From: Patescibacteria group bacterium
Lineage (GTDB): Bacteria > Patescibacteriota > Patescibacteriia > Magasanikbacterales > UBA922
Direction: 5' to 3'
DNA: 64,000 bases
Assembly (NCBI GenBank): GCA_028687045.1
Contig: JAQUAW010000001.1
Location: 2,034-66,033 of the forward strand
Positions within the stretch are counted from its first letter, which is position 1, and the number at the start of each line of letters is the position of its first letter. This document shows, piece after piece, positions 8,989-19,336 of the stretch. Under the pieces are notes generated by a model, which saw only the letters and a list, made by a program, of their open reading frames with translations, ran no database searches and was not told the origin of the DNA. Position numbers and translations under genes: made by a program.

Positions 8989-10223
8989 ACATTATTATTT
9001 ATTAATTCAACTATCATCTTAGCTTGCGTATAGGTAATGTCTTTGTTAATTGGTAAGTTTATAGATCTGGTAGCTAAATATTCAGCTTTGGGACAACTAT
9101 TTTTTATATAACCAGTTCTTTCTATATCTAAATATTTATCATTTGGAGCAATCACTGAGTCATACCAGTTACCCAAGATAATTCTTTTTTTCTTAGCTAA
9201 TTGAATCAAATTTTTTGGATTATCTACTAAAATTGTATACCTCAAAAGAATTTCATCATTAGATATTTGAGGTTTTTGAATATTTTTGGCTACTAACATT
9301 CTATCATATATTTCAGAAATTTCTTGTCGGTGTTTGTTCATTTGTTCCAATTTTTGCAATTGGTTCAACAAAATTTTTGCCAAAGAATTCGGATATTTTG
9401 CTGGATAAAAATTTAATTTGTGGCAAGATTTTTCTTCTTTATAAATTATTTTGCCTGTTATACCCATTTTTTGAGCCAAAGCTAATCCTAGTTTCCCTAA
9501 ATTAGCTACATCATAAAGAGCTTTACCAATATAAAAGATTGGGAAATTACAAAGATTTTGGAGTATTGTTTTTGTACTTGATTCTGGTAGTTTCTTATTT
9601 AACAACATTATTTTTTCGGCTATTTTGTCATTGTTGGTAATAAGTGCCCCACCTCGTGATGATGATATAACTTTGTCAGTACCAAAACTAAACATGCCAA
9701 TATCTCCCCAAGTTCCTATTAATTTGTCTTGGTATTTACCACCTATAGTATGAGCACAGTCTTCTATGACTATTAGATTATTTTCTTTGGCTATTTGTAA
9801 TAAATTTTCTAAATCTGCAGCTTTACCAAAAGTATGTTGAATAATTAATATTTTTGATTTTGGTGTTATTTTCTTTTTCAAATCTTCTACAGACATGTTC
9901 AAATCTTCGTTTATGTCTACATATACAGGTTTAGCTCCTGCCCAATTAATAGCATTACTAACAACAAGACAAGTATAGGCTTGAACCAAGACTTCATCAC
10001 CATACTTTATGTCTGTTGCTTCTATAGCTTTTTGTAAAGCAGTACGTCCACTATCAAAAGTAATCGCATATTTTACAGAAAAATAATTTTGTAACCAATT
10101 TTCAACTTGAATAATATTATTACCTTTTTTTAGTTGAGACCATTTCCAAGGTAAAAGTAAAAAAGACAAAGCAGTACTTACATCTTTTTTAGAAATGTTA
10201 GGATGAAAACCTGTAAAAATCAT
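8985..10223 (-). CDS. DegT/DnrJ/EryC1 PLP-dependent aminotransferase
   Basis: SGRTAL, IEDCAH, FSFGTDK. Confidence 0.88.
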   Translation of the reverse strand: MIFTGFHPNISKKDVSTALSFLLLPWKWSQLKKGNNIIQVENWLQNYFSVKYAITFDSGRTALQKAIEATDIKYGDEVLVQAYTCLVVSNAINWAGAKPVYVDINEDLNMSVEDLKKKITPKSKILIIQHTFGKAADLENLLQIAKENNLIVIEDCAHTIGGKYQDKLIGTWGDIGMFSFGTDKVISSSRGGALITNNDKIAEKIMLLNKKLPESSTKTILQNLCNFPIFYIGKALYDVANLGKLGLALAQKMGITGKIIYKEEKSCHKLNFYPAKYPNSLAKILLNQLQKLEQMNKHRQEISEIYDRMLVAKNIQKPQISNDEILLRYTILVDNPKNLIQLAKKKRIILGNWYDSVIAPNDKYLDIERTGYIKNSCPKAEYLATRSINLPINKDITYTQAKMIVELINNNV

Positions 10224-10227
10224 AATT

Positions 10228-11823
10228 TTATTTAGCTAATTCTTGTCTTACGTTATCAGGTATTCTGTTTTCTAATAAAATAACTGATTTTTTATTTTTT
10301 TGATTTTTTATAAATTCTAATAAATCTTTACTACTCAGTTTTACCATAATTTTTGTATTGTATTTTGTTCCTACACCTTTTTTTAAAGGTTCTATGAAAT
10401 CAGGAGTTGTAATGACTAATTCATCAGCTACAAAAGCTACTTCACCACCAATTTGTTCGTGTATTTCATCACTTAGCTCCCCTAGTTCTATTATTCCTCT
10501 AGTAATAACTACTCTATTATATTCATGAGGATAACCAGCTAACATATTTATAGCAACGCGAAAACCATCAGGATTGGAGTTGTAAGTATCATCAATTATA
10601 ATAGCTTTACCATAATTATAAATTTGCAAAGCATGTTTTGGATTTTCTATTTTTTTGACAGCTTCTTTTATTTCTTCAATAGAAAAACCTAAATAATTAG
10701 CAACCAAAAGAGAAGGTGCCAAATTCAAAATATTGTATTCGCCGGTAATTTTTGTTTGTATTTCAATTAAAGTTTCTTTTCCTTCAATTGTTTTTTTGAA
10801 TTTACCAATTATTCCTATTTCATTACTTTTTATATCTTCAATTAGACATGTCGGTTGGTATTCTTCTTCAAAACCAAAAGTTAAAACTTTGGCTTTTATT
10901 TCATCTAAAAATTCTCGACAATACTTGTTGTCAGAATTTGTCACTGCCAAACCATTTTTTGGTAAAAATCTTAATAGCTCATATTTTGCTTTTTGAATGT
11001 TTTCAATAGATCCAAACAAACTTAAGTGCTGAGGACTAATAGCTGTAAGTATGCCAATTTCAGGGTGGACAATATTACAATGTTCTGTCAAATCACCAAC
11101 ATTATAAGCTCCCATTTCAACTATAAAAAAGTCAATATCTTTGAAGTTGTTTTGTAAAATAAATTTACTGATACCAAAATCTGTATTAATATTTTTTGGT
11201 GTGCAAATAACTTTGAATTTGTAAGCGAGTAATTGAGTAAGAATTTCTTTGGTACTAGTTTTACCATAACTACCAGTGATACCTATCACACGTAATTTTT
11301 TTATTTTTTGCAATTTCTTTCTGGCCATTCTAGCGATATGATCTTTGACAAATTGGGAAGCAATATTTAGTAAATGTACTAAAATAGTAATAGTTATAAA
11401 ACGCAAGAAACTAAAAGCAGCAATAGTCCTAATATCTTCTGTCTTTAAATAAAAAGCAATTTCAATTAATACTGAAGAAAAAATTAACAAAATTATTTTC
11501 AAACTAAATTTTGGTTTCTTGATTGGTTTTTTGAGAATTATCTTTGCTAAAAAATATAAAAAGTCCAAAAAGTATATTAGAAAAACTGCCCACTCAATCA
11601 CCAAAAAATAGCTTTGATTCCAAAAAAATACTACCAAAACAAGTGGCATTTTGTAAATAAAATCATAACGGAAAATAATCCGTTTACCTTCAGAAGTGCG
11701 AAGTAAATCCAAAAATCTATCCCAACGATATTCTTTTAGTTGCCAAAAATAAGCAAATTGCAAATATTCATTGCTCATGCTGATTAGCCAAAGTAAAATA
11801 ATGGATAAATCTAAAAGATTCAT
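10228..11823 (-). CDS. murF: Mur ligase (MurF-like) with N-terminal membrane domain
   Basis: GITGSYGKTSTKE, VEMGA, DDTYNSNP. Confidence 0.8.
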   Translation of the reverse strand: MNLLDLSIILLWLISMSNEYLQFAYFWQLKEYRWDRFLDLLRTSEGKRIIFRYDFIYKMPLVLVVFFWNQSYFLVIEWAVFLIYFLDFLYFLAKIILKKPIKKPKFSLKIILLIFSSVLIEIAFYLKTEDIRTIAAFSFLRFITITILVHLLNIASQFVKDHIARMARKKLQKIKKLRVIGITGSYGKTSTKEILTQLLAYKFKVICTPKNINTDFGISKFILQNNFKDIDFFIVEMGAYNVGDLTEHCNIVHPEIGILTAISPQHLSLFGSIENIQKAKYELLRFLPKNGLAVTNSDNKYCREFLDEIKAKVLTFGFEEEYQPTCLIEDIKSNEIGIIGKFKKTIEGKETLIEIQTKITGEYNILNLAPSLLVANYLGFSIEEIKEAVKKIENPKHALQIYNYGKAIIIDDTYNSNPDGFRVAINMLAGYPHEYNRVVITRGIIELGELSDEIHEQIGGEVAFVADELVITTPDFIEPLKKGVGTKYNTKIMVKLSSKDLLEFIKNQKNKKSVILLENRIPDNVRQELAK

Positions 11824-11828
11824 ATCAT

Positions 11829-12560
11829 TTAATTAGAAAATGTTTTTATTATATTTAATAATTCTTCTTTTTTCCAAAGGTGTAAACCATGTGTACCATT
11901 TTTTATCACTTCAAGTTTTGAACCTACGATATTATTGGCAATTAATTCAGCATCTTTGACAGGAACAAAACTATCTTTGTCTCCCCAGACAATTAGAGTT
12001 GGGATTTTTATTGCTGGTAAAAACTCGCTAACATCTTGCTTATTGATTTTGAGGAAAATATCTCTTTTGATGCCAGTTGTCTTATTGTAGTCCCCTGTTC
12101 CTGCTGATTTGTAAAGTAATTTACGCATAAAACCAGCAAGCTTATTTAGCCCTGGTAAACTAAATACTATTTTACCACTTTTGGCAATAAATTTAAAGAT
12201 TTTATTTCTAATACTTTCTGGTCGACGATAAATAGCAGCGCCACTCAAAATTAATTTATCAACAATGTTTGGTTCGTGAGATAGTAAATAAGAAGCAACT
12301 TGTCCACCAAAACTATGACCAAGCAAAATTGTGGGCTGTCCTTCTTGTTTGAGACTAATTATTTTGTCTTTAACAAACTGTGAGTACTCCTCCACACCCC
12401 AAATTGAGCTAGGACAGCTTTCCTCACCAAAACATGGTAGTTCTATCACTTCTACTTCAAAATCACTCTCCGCCAACAATACAAAATCAGACCAAGTTTG
12501 TTTTGATCCGTTCCAGCCGGGGAGGATAATCAATTTTTTATTTTGTGGAGTGCTCTCCAT
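11829..12560 (-). CDS. alpha/beta hydrolase
   Basis: GHSFGG nucleophile elbow, WGDKD, catalytic His. Confidence 0.88.
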   Translation of the reverse strand: MESTPQNKKLIILPGWNGSKQTWSDFVLLAESDFEVEVIELPCFGEESCPSSIWGVEEYSQFVKDKIISLKQEGQPTILLGHSFGGQVASYLLSHEPNIVDKLILSGAAIYRRPESIRNKIFKFIAKSGKIVFSLPGLNKLAGFMRKLLYKSAGTGDYNKTTGIKRDIFLKINKQDVSEFLPAIKIPTLIVWGDKDSFVPVKDAELIANNIVGSKLEVIKNGTHGLHLWKKEELLNIIKTFSN

Positions 12561-12602
12561 AATTTTGAATTTAGTAATTTTAAATTTTAAAATTTTGAAA
12601 AC

Positions 12603-13082
12603 TTATTTTATTGCTTTTTTGACAATACTTTTTATATTATCATCGGCACTAGTTATTTTCAAATTATCTATTTCAGACAAAGGAATCCATTCTAATTTGG
12701 CATTCAACTGTATTTCTTTTTCTTCAAAATTTTGTTCTTTTGCATTACCTACTAATTCACAGACATAAAAAAACTTAATAGCATGTGATGATCCTAAATT
12801 AAATGGCATCTCAAAAAAACGAGTGTTTATTTCTATCAAATCTTTTACTTTAATTTCAAAACCTGTTTCTTCCAAAAATTCTCTACGCAAAGCGTCAATA
12901 TGATCTTCACCGAGTTCAATCCCACCACCAATCAAATAATAACCTAAATCTCCAAATTTTATCATGAAAACTTTATCATCTTTTATTACCACAGCATATA
13001 CTGATGGACGAAAATATAAATCACTAACTTTCATTATTACTTTTTCACCTTCCATATTGTAGCCTTCAACAGTATTTGACAT
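12603..13082 (-). CDS. NUDIX hydrolase
   Basis: GGGIELGE...RREFLEETG Nudix box. Confidence 0.9.
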   Translation of the reverse strand: MSNTVEGYNMEGEKVIMKVSDLYFRPSVYAVVIKDDKVFMIKFGDLGYYLIGGGIELGEDHIDALRREFLEETGFEIKVKDLIEINTRFFEMPFNLGSSHAIKFFYVCELVGNAKEQNFEEKEIQLNAKLEWIPLSEIDNLKITSADDNIKSIVKKAIK

Positions 13083-13083
13083 A

Positions 13084-13493
13084 TTAGTTTATTGATTTTT
13101 TTATAATAGAAACTAAGTCAGTACTATCACCTATTTTAATTTTTTCTAATTTTGAAAGTTCAACCCATTTTCACAACTGAAAAATATTCTGATAGCATGA
13201 ACATCTTTATTAAATGAAGGATGTCTGAAAAAACTAGTTTGCACATCAATAATTTTCTTTATTTGTACATTATATCCAGTTTCATCTAGTACTTCTCTAC
13301 TTATTGCATTCTCTATTGTTTCTCCCAAGTCTATTCCCCCACCTGGTAAAGAGTATCCAAAATTTTGGCTTATCATTAAGACTTTTTCATCTTTTGTTAC
13401 TATACCATAAACAGAAATTCTCCAACTCAAATCAGAAATATTCATTTCTATTTTGTTTCTATCTTTATCTTCTCCTGTAACAGTTTTGTTCAT
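13084..13493 (-). pseudogene. NUDIX hydrolase with internal deletion and frameshift
   Basis: Nudix box intact; after FFSCE the homologous C-terminus KWVELSKLEKIKIGDSTDLVSIIKKSIN* continues in another frame to 13084. Confidence 0.75.
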
Positions 13494-13494
13494 A

Positions 13495-13977
13495 TTATTT
13501 TTTAATACAATTTTTTACTATTTCAAGCAATGTACCATCGTCCCCTGCCATTTTTAGATTTTCTATTTCAGATAAATTTACCCACTCCACACTAACATTC
13601 AAAATATTTTCAGACTCAGTCAATTTTATATCTTCTGGATTTTCCGATATTATTTCAGCTTTATAAAATATTTTTATAGTATGACTGTATTTTTCTTTTA
13701 TTGGTGATTTGAAAAAAGCTGTTTGTATATCAAGTAAATCTCCTACTTCCACAGTATAGCCGGTTTCTTCTTTCAATTCTCTTATCAAGGTATCTATGTG
13801 ATCTTCACCAAGATCAATTCCACCACCTGGTAAAAAATAACCATACTTACCAAACTTTGTCATTAATAATTGATTGTCTTTAATTATGATAGCATAAATT
13901 GATGGTCTAAAATATAAATCATCAACATTGATAATTATTTTTTCATTAGATATTGTTAGTCCGTCAACTGTTTTCAT
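13495..13977 (-). CDS. NUDIX hydrolase
   Basis: PGGGIDLGE...RELKEETG. Confidence 0.9.
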   Translation of the reverse strand: MKTVDGLTISNEKIIINVDDLYFRPSIYAIIIKDNQLLMTKFGKYGYFLPGGGIDLGEDHIDTLIRELKEETGYTVEVGDLLDIQTAFFKSPIKEKYSHTIKIFYKAEIISENPEDIKLTESENILNVSVEWVNLSEIENLKMAGDDGTLLEIVKNCIKK

Positions 13978-13989
13978 GTTTTTTTGTTT

Positions 13990-15249
13990 TTATGCTTTTA
14001 TAGTATCCTTGCCCATAAAATTCTGCAAAACTTTCGGTACTCTAATACTTCCATCCGCTTGCTGATTGTTTTCAAGTATAGCAATTGGAAAACGACTTAG
14101 TACTACAGCTGTACCATTTAGTGTATGCACAAATTCATTTTTGCCTTCCTCATTTTTATATTTGATATTTAATCTTCTTGCTTGATAATCTGTACAGTTA
14201 CTGGTACTAGTGATTTCACCATAACCACCTTTAGCTTCATCTTCAGCTTTCATCGTCATCCAAGCTTCAATATCATATTTGCGGTAAGCAGGACCACCAA
14301 GATCGCTAGTTGGAATGTCAATAACGCGATAAGGAATTTCTAAACCATCACAGATTTCTTTTTCAATACTTAATAATTCTTGATGCAAGGTTTCACTTTC
14401 TTCTGGTTTACAGAAAATAAACATTTCTAATTTGGTAAATTGATGCACACGATAAAGACCTTTGCTAGTGCGACCATAAGCTCCAGCTTCAGTACGGAAA
14501 CAGTGAGACATAGCAGCATATTTCTTTGGTCCAGAGCTCAAATCCAAAACTTCGTCAGCATGATAGCCGAGCATTGTAATTTCTGCAGTGCCAACTAAAC
14601 TCAAACCTTCATCATTAATATTATAAATTTGTTTTTCTGCTCCACGAGGATTGAAACCAGCACCAAGCAAAATTTCATGCTTAGCTAAATCTGGAGTTTC
14701 GACAAGATTGTAACCGTGTTTTGCCAAAATATCCATGCCGTAATTTAGCATCGCTTGGTTTAGTCTGACCATATCATTTTTGACAAAGTAAAACTTACTA
14801 CCAGTTACTTTGGCACCACGTTCGAAATCTATCAAATCAAGATTGATCATAAGTTCTTCATGATCTTTGGCAGGAAAATCAAAGTTTGGAATAGTTCCAC
14901 GTTCTTCGACTGTGACAAAATCTTCTTCGCCACCAATCGGACTTTGTGGATGAGTCATATTTGGTACTTGGAGCATTAGTTCCATAAAATCAGCATCAAC
15001 TTTTGCTAGTTCTTCTTCCAAAGATTTTATTTTCTCCCCTACTTCACGCATTTGTTTTATTTCTTCATCAGTTGGTTTACCTTTTGATCCACTATTTCTT
15101 TTTGAACGTAGTTCTTCTACTTCTTGCATTTTTTCTCTTTTTTGTTTGTCCAAATCAAGAAGAGTATCAATATTTATTTTGACTCTTCTATTTACACAAT
15201 TTTGTTTTATGAGTTCGCTATTGTCGCGAATGAATTTTATGTCGAGCAT
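13990..15249 (-). CDS. serS: serine--tRNA ligase
   Basis: MLDIKFIR start, GTAE, FRTEAG, RVHQF, HTLNGT. Confidence 0.97.
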   Translation of the reverse strand: MLDIKFIRDNSELIKQNCVNRRVKINIDTLLDLDKQKREKMQEVEELRSKRNSGSKGKPTDEEIKQMREVGEKIKSLEEELAKVDADFMELMLQVPNMTHPQSPIGGEEDFVTVEERGTIPNFDFPAKDHEELMINLDLIDFERGAKVTGSKFYFVKNDMVRLNQAMLNYGMDILAKHGYNLVETPDLAKHEILLGAGFNPRGAEKQIYNINDEGLSLVGTAEITMLGYHADEVLDLSSGPKKYAAMSHCFRTEAGAYGRTSKGLYRVHQFTKLEMFIFCKPEESETLHQELLSIEKEICDGLEIPYRVIDIPTSDLGGPAYRKYDIEAWMTMKAEDEAKGGYGEITSTSNCTDYQARRLNIKYKNEEGKNEFVHTLNGTAVVLSRFPIAILENNQQADGSIRVPKVLQNFMGKDTIKA

Positions 15250-15259
15250 ATGGGCAATG

Positions 15260-15413
15260 GTCATCCCGATCCGCCGAAGGACGGAAAGGGATCTTTCTTA
15301 AATATAAATGTTTTTAAAATAATTGACGTTAATTGATTCTAAAAAATGTTTTTGAATAAATAAAAGTTATCAGGGTCTACAGATCCATCATCGTATTCTC
15401 GACTCAGGATGAC
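15260..15413. repeat. GIY-YIG-associated REP-like element, two arms
   Basis: GTCATCCCGATCCGCCGAAGGACGGAAAGGGATCT ... AGATCCATCATCGTATTCTCGACTCAGGATGAC. Confidence 0.88.
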
Positions 15414-16453
15414 ATTGAATTACAATACTCAATCAACTCTGGCAAAATTTCTTGATATAACTTATTATTGGCTCCAATCATATCTTCGTCTCCTGCTTTT
15501 TCCAAATCAAACCATTCAATTCCCAAAGTCTCGGCGTCAGATATTTCGTTAATGTTGGAAATTACTTTACAAAGCATTGGTACTAGATACACTTGATATT
15601 TTACAACTGAATCTAACTGAGCTTCAACATATATTTTGCTGAGTTGTCTGACTACTTCTACCACATAGCCAACCTCTTCTTGAGTTTCTCTAATTACATT
15701 TGTTTCAAATGTTTCACCAAGTTCCATACTGCCACCTGGGAATTCCCACTTGTTATGGTAGTCTGGTCGATGGGGGTCATTCCTCTTGGACATAAGAATT
15801 TTTCCATTGTCTACAATGATGGCAAGTGGAACAACGATGTGTTTGACACCATACTGATTTTGTAAATAATATTTTATTTTTATCAAAGCTTTGCCGCGGT
15901 GACTTGTTGCATTTTTTTCATTCGGTGTTAGTTCTGCATAAGTTTTTCCTAAATCTTCCAAATAAAATATTGGATCATAGCCCCAAGCAGTCTCTGTGTC
16001 TACACGTTTTTCTAATACCACCCCTTCTCTTACTCCGGTATTAGAAAAAAAACTTTTTTGTTGAGGGTCATAACAAACAAGACAAGATTTGAACTGTGCT
16101 TGTCTTTTTTCTAGTGGGACATCTTTTAATTTTTCTAGTAAAATATTTATACGTTCATCAGCATCAGCACCTACTCGAGCACTAATTACTCCAGGCCAAC
16201 CATCCAAAGCATCTACAAAAATTCCACCATCGTCAGCAATACTCATTAGACCTGTTTTTTCAGCGTAGTATTTGGCTTTAAGCACGGCATTGGCTTCTAT
16301 GGTACTTTCTGTTTCTTCAGGCTCTACTATTTTTTCGGGTAATTCAGCTAGAGACAAAAAATTAAATGGCAAATCTGCCAAAAATTTTTTCATTTCTCTG
16401 AATTTACCTTCATTGGTAGTAGCGATTAATATTTTTCTTTTTTCTTCTGTCAT
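15404..16453 (-). CDS. rdgB: RdgB/HAM1 non-canonical purine NTP pyrophosphatase fused to a NUDIX domain
   Basis: ATTNEGK, ADDGG, GYDPIF, SHRGKA, then WEFPGG...RETQEEVG. Confidence 0.9.
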   Translation of the reverse strand: MTEEKRKILIATTNEGKFREMKKFLADLPFNFLSLAELPEKIVEPEETESTIEANAVLKAKYYAEKTGLMSIADDGGIFVDALDGWPGVISARVGADADERINILLEKLKDVPLEKRQAQFKSCLVCYDPQQKSFFSNTGVREGVVLEKRVDTETAWGYDPIFYLEDLGKTYAELTPNEKNATSHRGKALIKIKYYLQNQYGVKHIVVPLAIIVDNGKILMSKRNDPHRPDYHNKWEFPGGSMELGETFETNVIRETQEEVGYVVEVVRQLSKIYVEAQLDSVVKYQVYLVPMLCKVISNINEISDAETLGIEWFDLEKAGDEDMIGANNKLYQEILPELIEYCNSMSS

Positions 16454-16461
16454 AAGGTTTT

Positions 16462-16545
16462 TCACAATCCCGAACCCGAGGAACGAGGGAAGGGATCTTT
16501 CTTAAATTAAAATTTTTAGAAAATACTTATGTTAATTGATTTTGA
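16462..16545 (+). repeat. single REP-like arm plus part of the internal segment
   Basis: TCACAATCCCGAACCCGAGGAACGAGGGAAGGGATCTTTCTTAA followed by the GTTAATTGATT core shared with other copies. Confidence 0.75.
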
Positions 16546-16628
16546 AAAACATGCAATTGAAATAGGTATTTTTATTATCACGTTTTGACAAATTTCTCCG
16601 CCAAATCGGCGGATCAATTTGTCATTCC

Positions 16629-17048
16629 TTATGTTTTTTCTAATAACTTTTTTCTTATCTCCCCAGACTTATGTTGTTCTGGTTTGTAAGATTTCAACCG
16701 AACAACTTTTGTGTTCAATCTAAATTCTTTGATTTTTTCTTCTAATTTATCAATAAAATTTTGTTGATCATAACCAAGAGCTATTACATCTGGTTTTTCA
16801 GTTTTGATAACTTTGTAATAATCTATTTTATTTCCTAAAACAGCTTGGTCAATTATTCTTATATTTTTCAAGAATTCTAATCTCTCTTTTTCGTTATGAA
16901 CTAAAGTAATTTTCTTTATTTTTTTTGAAGTAATATCTCTTCCAACTACAACCACTAAATAACTCCCTAGTTTCTTGGCTTGTTTGAAAAGATTCAAGTG
17001 TCCCAAATGTACAATATCAAATGTTCCAAAGACCATTACTTTTTTCAT
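16629..17048 (-). CDS. cytidylyltransferase-family protein (RibL FAD synthase/TagD-like)
   Basis: FGTFDIVHLGH, ALGYDQ. Confidence 0.85.
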   Translation of the reverse strand: MKKVMVFGTFDIVHLGHLNLFKQAKKLGSYLVVVVGRDITSKKIKKITLVHNEKERLEFLKNIRIIDQAVLGNKIDYYKVIKTEKPDVIALGYDQQNFIDKLEEKIKEFRLNTKVVRLKSYKPEQHKSGEIRKKLLEKT

Positions 17049-17056
17049 AAATAAAA

Positions 17057-18556
17057 TTATTTCTTTTTTTCATCTTTCTCTTCCACTTCTTCTACAGGTT
17101 TCATAAGTGGAAAAGCTGTAACTTCACGCAAAGTATGTGAACCAGTGATAAGAGCTGCAAATCTATCAATACCAATACCAGTGCCTGTAGCTGGAGGCAT
17201 GCCGTGTTCTAGAGCTTCTACATAACTCCAGTCGTTGGCCATAGCTTCATCATCCCCTTCTGCTTTATTTTTTACTTGTTCTTCAAATCTTTCACGTTGA
17301 TCGATTGGATCGTTTAGCTCTGTATAAGAATTACTAAGCTCAAAACCATTGACGATAAGTTGGAACATTTCAGTATATCTTGGATCTTCAGCTTTTTTGG
17401 CTAGAGGTTTGAGTTCAATTGGATAATTCAAGACAAAAGTTGGTTGAATCAATTCTTTGCGAGCTGATTGTTTGTATAAATTATCAAGCAATTTTCCACG
17501 TTCGGTAAGATTTTCATGATCATAACCTTTGGCTGACATGACTTTTTTCAATTCTTCCAAATCTGTAAATTCATCAATATCAATACCAGAATATTTGAGA
17601 ACTGCATCATGAAAAGTAATACGAGGATATGGACCTGCAAAATTTATTTTGTGTTCATCGACTTCTACTTCCAATTTACCTATAGAATTTTCAACGACAT
17701 AAGGAATCAATTTTTCATGCAAGGTCATGTTGTCTTCATAATCAGCATAAGCCCAATAATATTCAAGCATGGTAAATTCTGGATTGTGTTGGTGGTCAAC
17801 GCCTTCATTGCGGAAAGCTCTACCCATTTCAAAAGTTTTTTCAAAACCACCTACCAACAATCTTTTTTGCCAAAGCTCACCCATACAAATACGTAAATGC
17901 ACATCTAAATCATAAGCATTCAAGTGTGTATCAAAAGTACGAGCCATAGCACCAGAAGAAATAGTTTCAAGCACTGGTGTTTCTACTTCAATAAAATTTT
18001 CATTTTGTAAAAATTCACGAATATAACGTAATATTTTTCCACGAACAATAATTTTGGCTTTTTCTTCTGGGTTGACCAAAAGATCCAAATATCTCTTACG
18101 ATAGCGCACTTCTTCATCATTCAAACCATGAAATTTGTCTGGCAGTGGTAATAAAGTTTTTGCGAGTAGTGTCCAAGAACTAACCAAGATAGAAGGTTCG
18201 CCTTTGTGTGTCATGAATTTTTTGCCTTGAACTTCAACAATATCACCTGAATCAATTTTTTTACTAAATAATTTGTAATTGTCAATTCCAATGTCATCTT
18301 GCTTAAAAGCTATTTGCATTCTGCCTGATTCATCTTGTAAATGACAAAACATAAGCTTTCCCATATCACGCTTTGTCATAAGACGTCCAGCAACACTAAG
18401 TTCAGCATCTTCTTTTGCGTCAAGAGCTTCTTTTATAGTTTGTTTACGATTTATTCTAGCAGGATAAATACTTATATTCATTTCCTGAAGTTCTTTCAAT
18501 TTACGAAGACGTATTTCACGCTCGTCATTGATATTGATTTCTATATTATTTGTCAT
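17057..18556 (-). CDS. lysS: lysine--tRNA ligase (class II)
   Basis: RYRKRYLDL, FRNEG, YTELNDP, GMPPATGTGIGIDR. Confidence 0.97.
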   Translation of the reverse strand: MTNNIEININDEREIRLRKLKELQEMNISIYPARINRKQTIKEALDAKEDAELSVAGRLMTKRDMGKLMFCHLQDESGRMQIAFKQDDIGIDNYKLFSKKIDSGDIVEVQGKKFMTHKGEPSILVSSWTLLAKTLLPLPDKFHGLNDEEVRYRKRYLDLLVNPEEKAKIIVRGKILRYIREFLQNENFIEVETPVLETISSGAMARTFDTHLNAYDLDVHLRICMGELWQKRLLVGGFEKTFEMGRAFRNEGVDHQHNPEFTMLEYYWAYADYEDNMTLHEKLIPYVVENSIGKLEVEVDEHKINFAGPYPRITFHDAVLKYSGIDIDEFTDLEELKKVMSAKGYDHENLTERGKLLDNLYKQSARKELIQPTFVLNYPIELKPLAKKAEDPRYTEMFQLIVNGFELSNSYTELNDPIDQRERFEEQVKNKAEGDDEAMANDWSYVEALEHGMPPATGTGIGIDRFAALITGSHTLREVTAFPLMKPVEEVEEKDEKKK

Positions 18557-18620
18557 AGCTATTTAACTTAAATTTAGGCTAATTTACTGACTTATTGTAA
18601 CAGATTTCTTTCAAAAATAC

Positions 18621-18646
18621 AAATACTCCCAAGAAGGGAGTATTTT
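18621..18646 (-). terminator. terminator after greA
   Basis: AAATACTCCC-AAGAA-GGGAGTATTT hairpin. Confidence 0.55.
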
Positions 18647-18768
18647 GGCTAATTAAAGATAATTTTTTCAAAATAAGACTTTAGTTCTTAACTAAGTGTA
18701 TATAAAGCAGATACAGCAAGTACAACCTATATAACTATAATTAAAACCTAATACCTAAAACCTAATAA

Positions 18769-19230
18769 CTATTTAATATCTACAATCTTATAAACCTGTA
18801 CACCAGATGGTAAAGTCACTTGTATTTCTTCATTTTTTTCTCTTCCTAGAAAAGCAGAACCTAGAGGTGATTCATTGGATATTTTACCAGATACAGGGTC
18901 AGCTTCTTGAGCTCCGACAATAGTATAGTCTTTTTCTTTACCATTTATCTTTACAGTAACAGTAGAACCTATTTGAACAAAGCTACTTTTTCCTTCTGAA
19001 ATTATTTCAGCATTGTCCAATAGATTTTTCAATTCTATTACTCTACTTTTTGCCCAAGACATTTCGTCACGAGCAGCATGATATTCAGCATTTTCTGACA
19101 AATCACCCATTTGTTTAGCTTCATCAATACGTTTGGCAATAGTAGGTGTCTTTTCATTTTCTAATTCGTCCAATTCTGCTTTCAAATTGTCTAATTTTTG
19201 TTGAGTCATATATTGTACATCATCCGTCAT
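18769..19230 (-). CDS. greA: transcription elongation factor GreA
   Basis: GDLSENAEYHAA, ISNESPLG. Confidence 0.97.
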   Translation of the reverse strand: MTDDVQYMTQQKLDNLKAELDELENEKTPTIAKRIDEAKQMGDLSENAEYHAARDEMSWAKSRVIELKNLLDNAEIISEGKSSFVQIGSTVTVKINGKEKDYTIVGAQEADPVSGKISNESPLGSAFLGREKNEEIQVTLPSGVQVYKIVDIK

Positions 19231-19336
19231 ATATTTTGTTACTTAAAATGAGTTAAAAAAATAGTACCGCATACGCGGACCTGTCAGCTACTAGTATAAC
19301 AGGTTTTGAATTAAGGTCAAATTTTCTTTCCACAAA

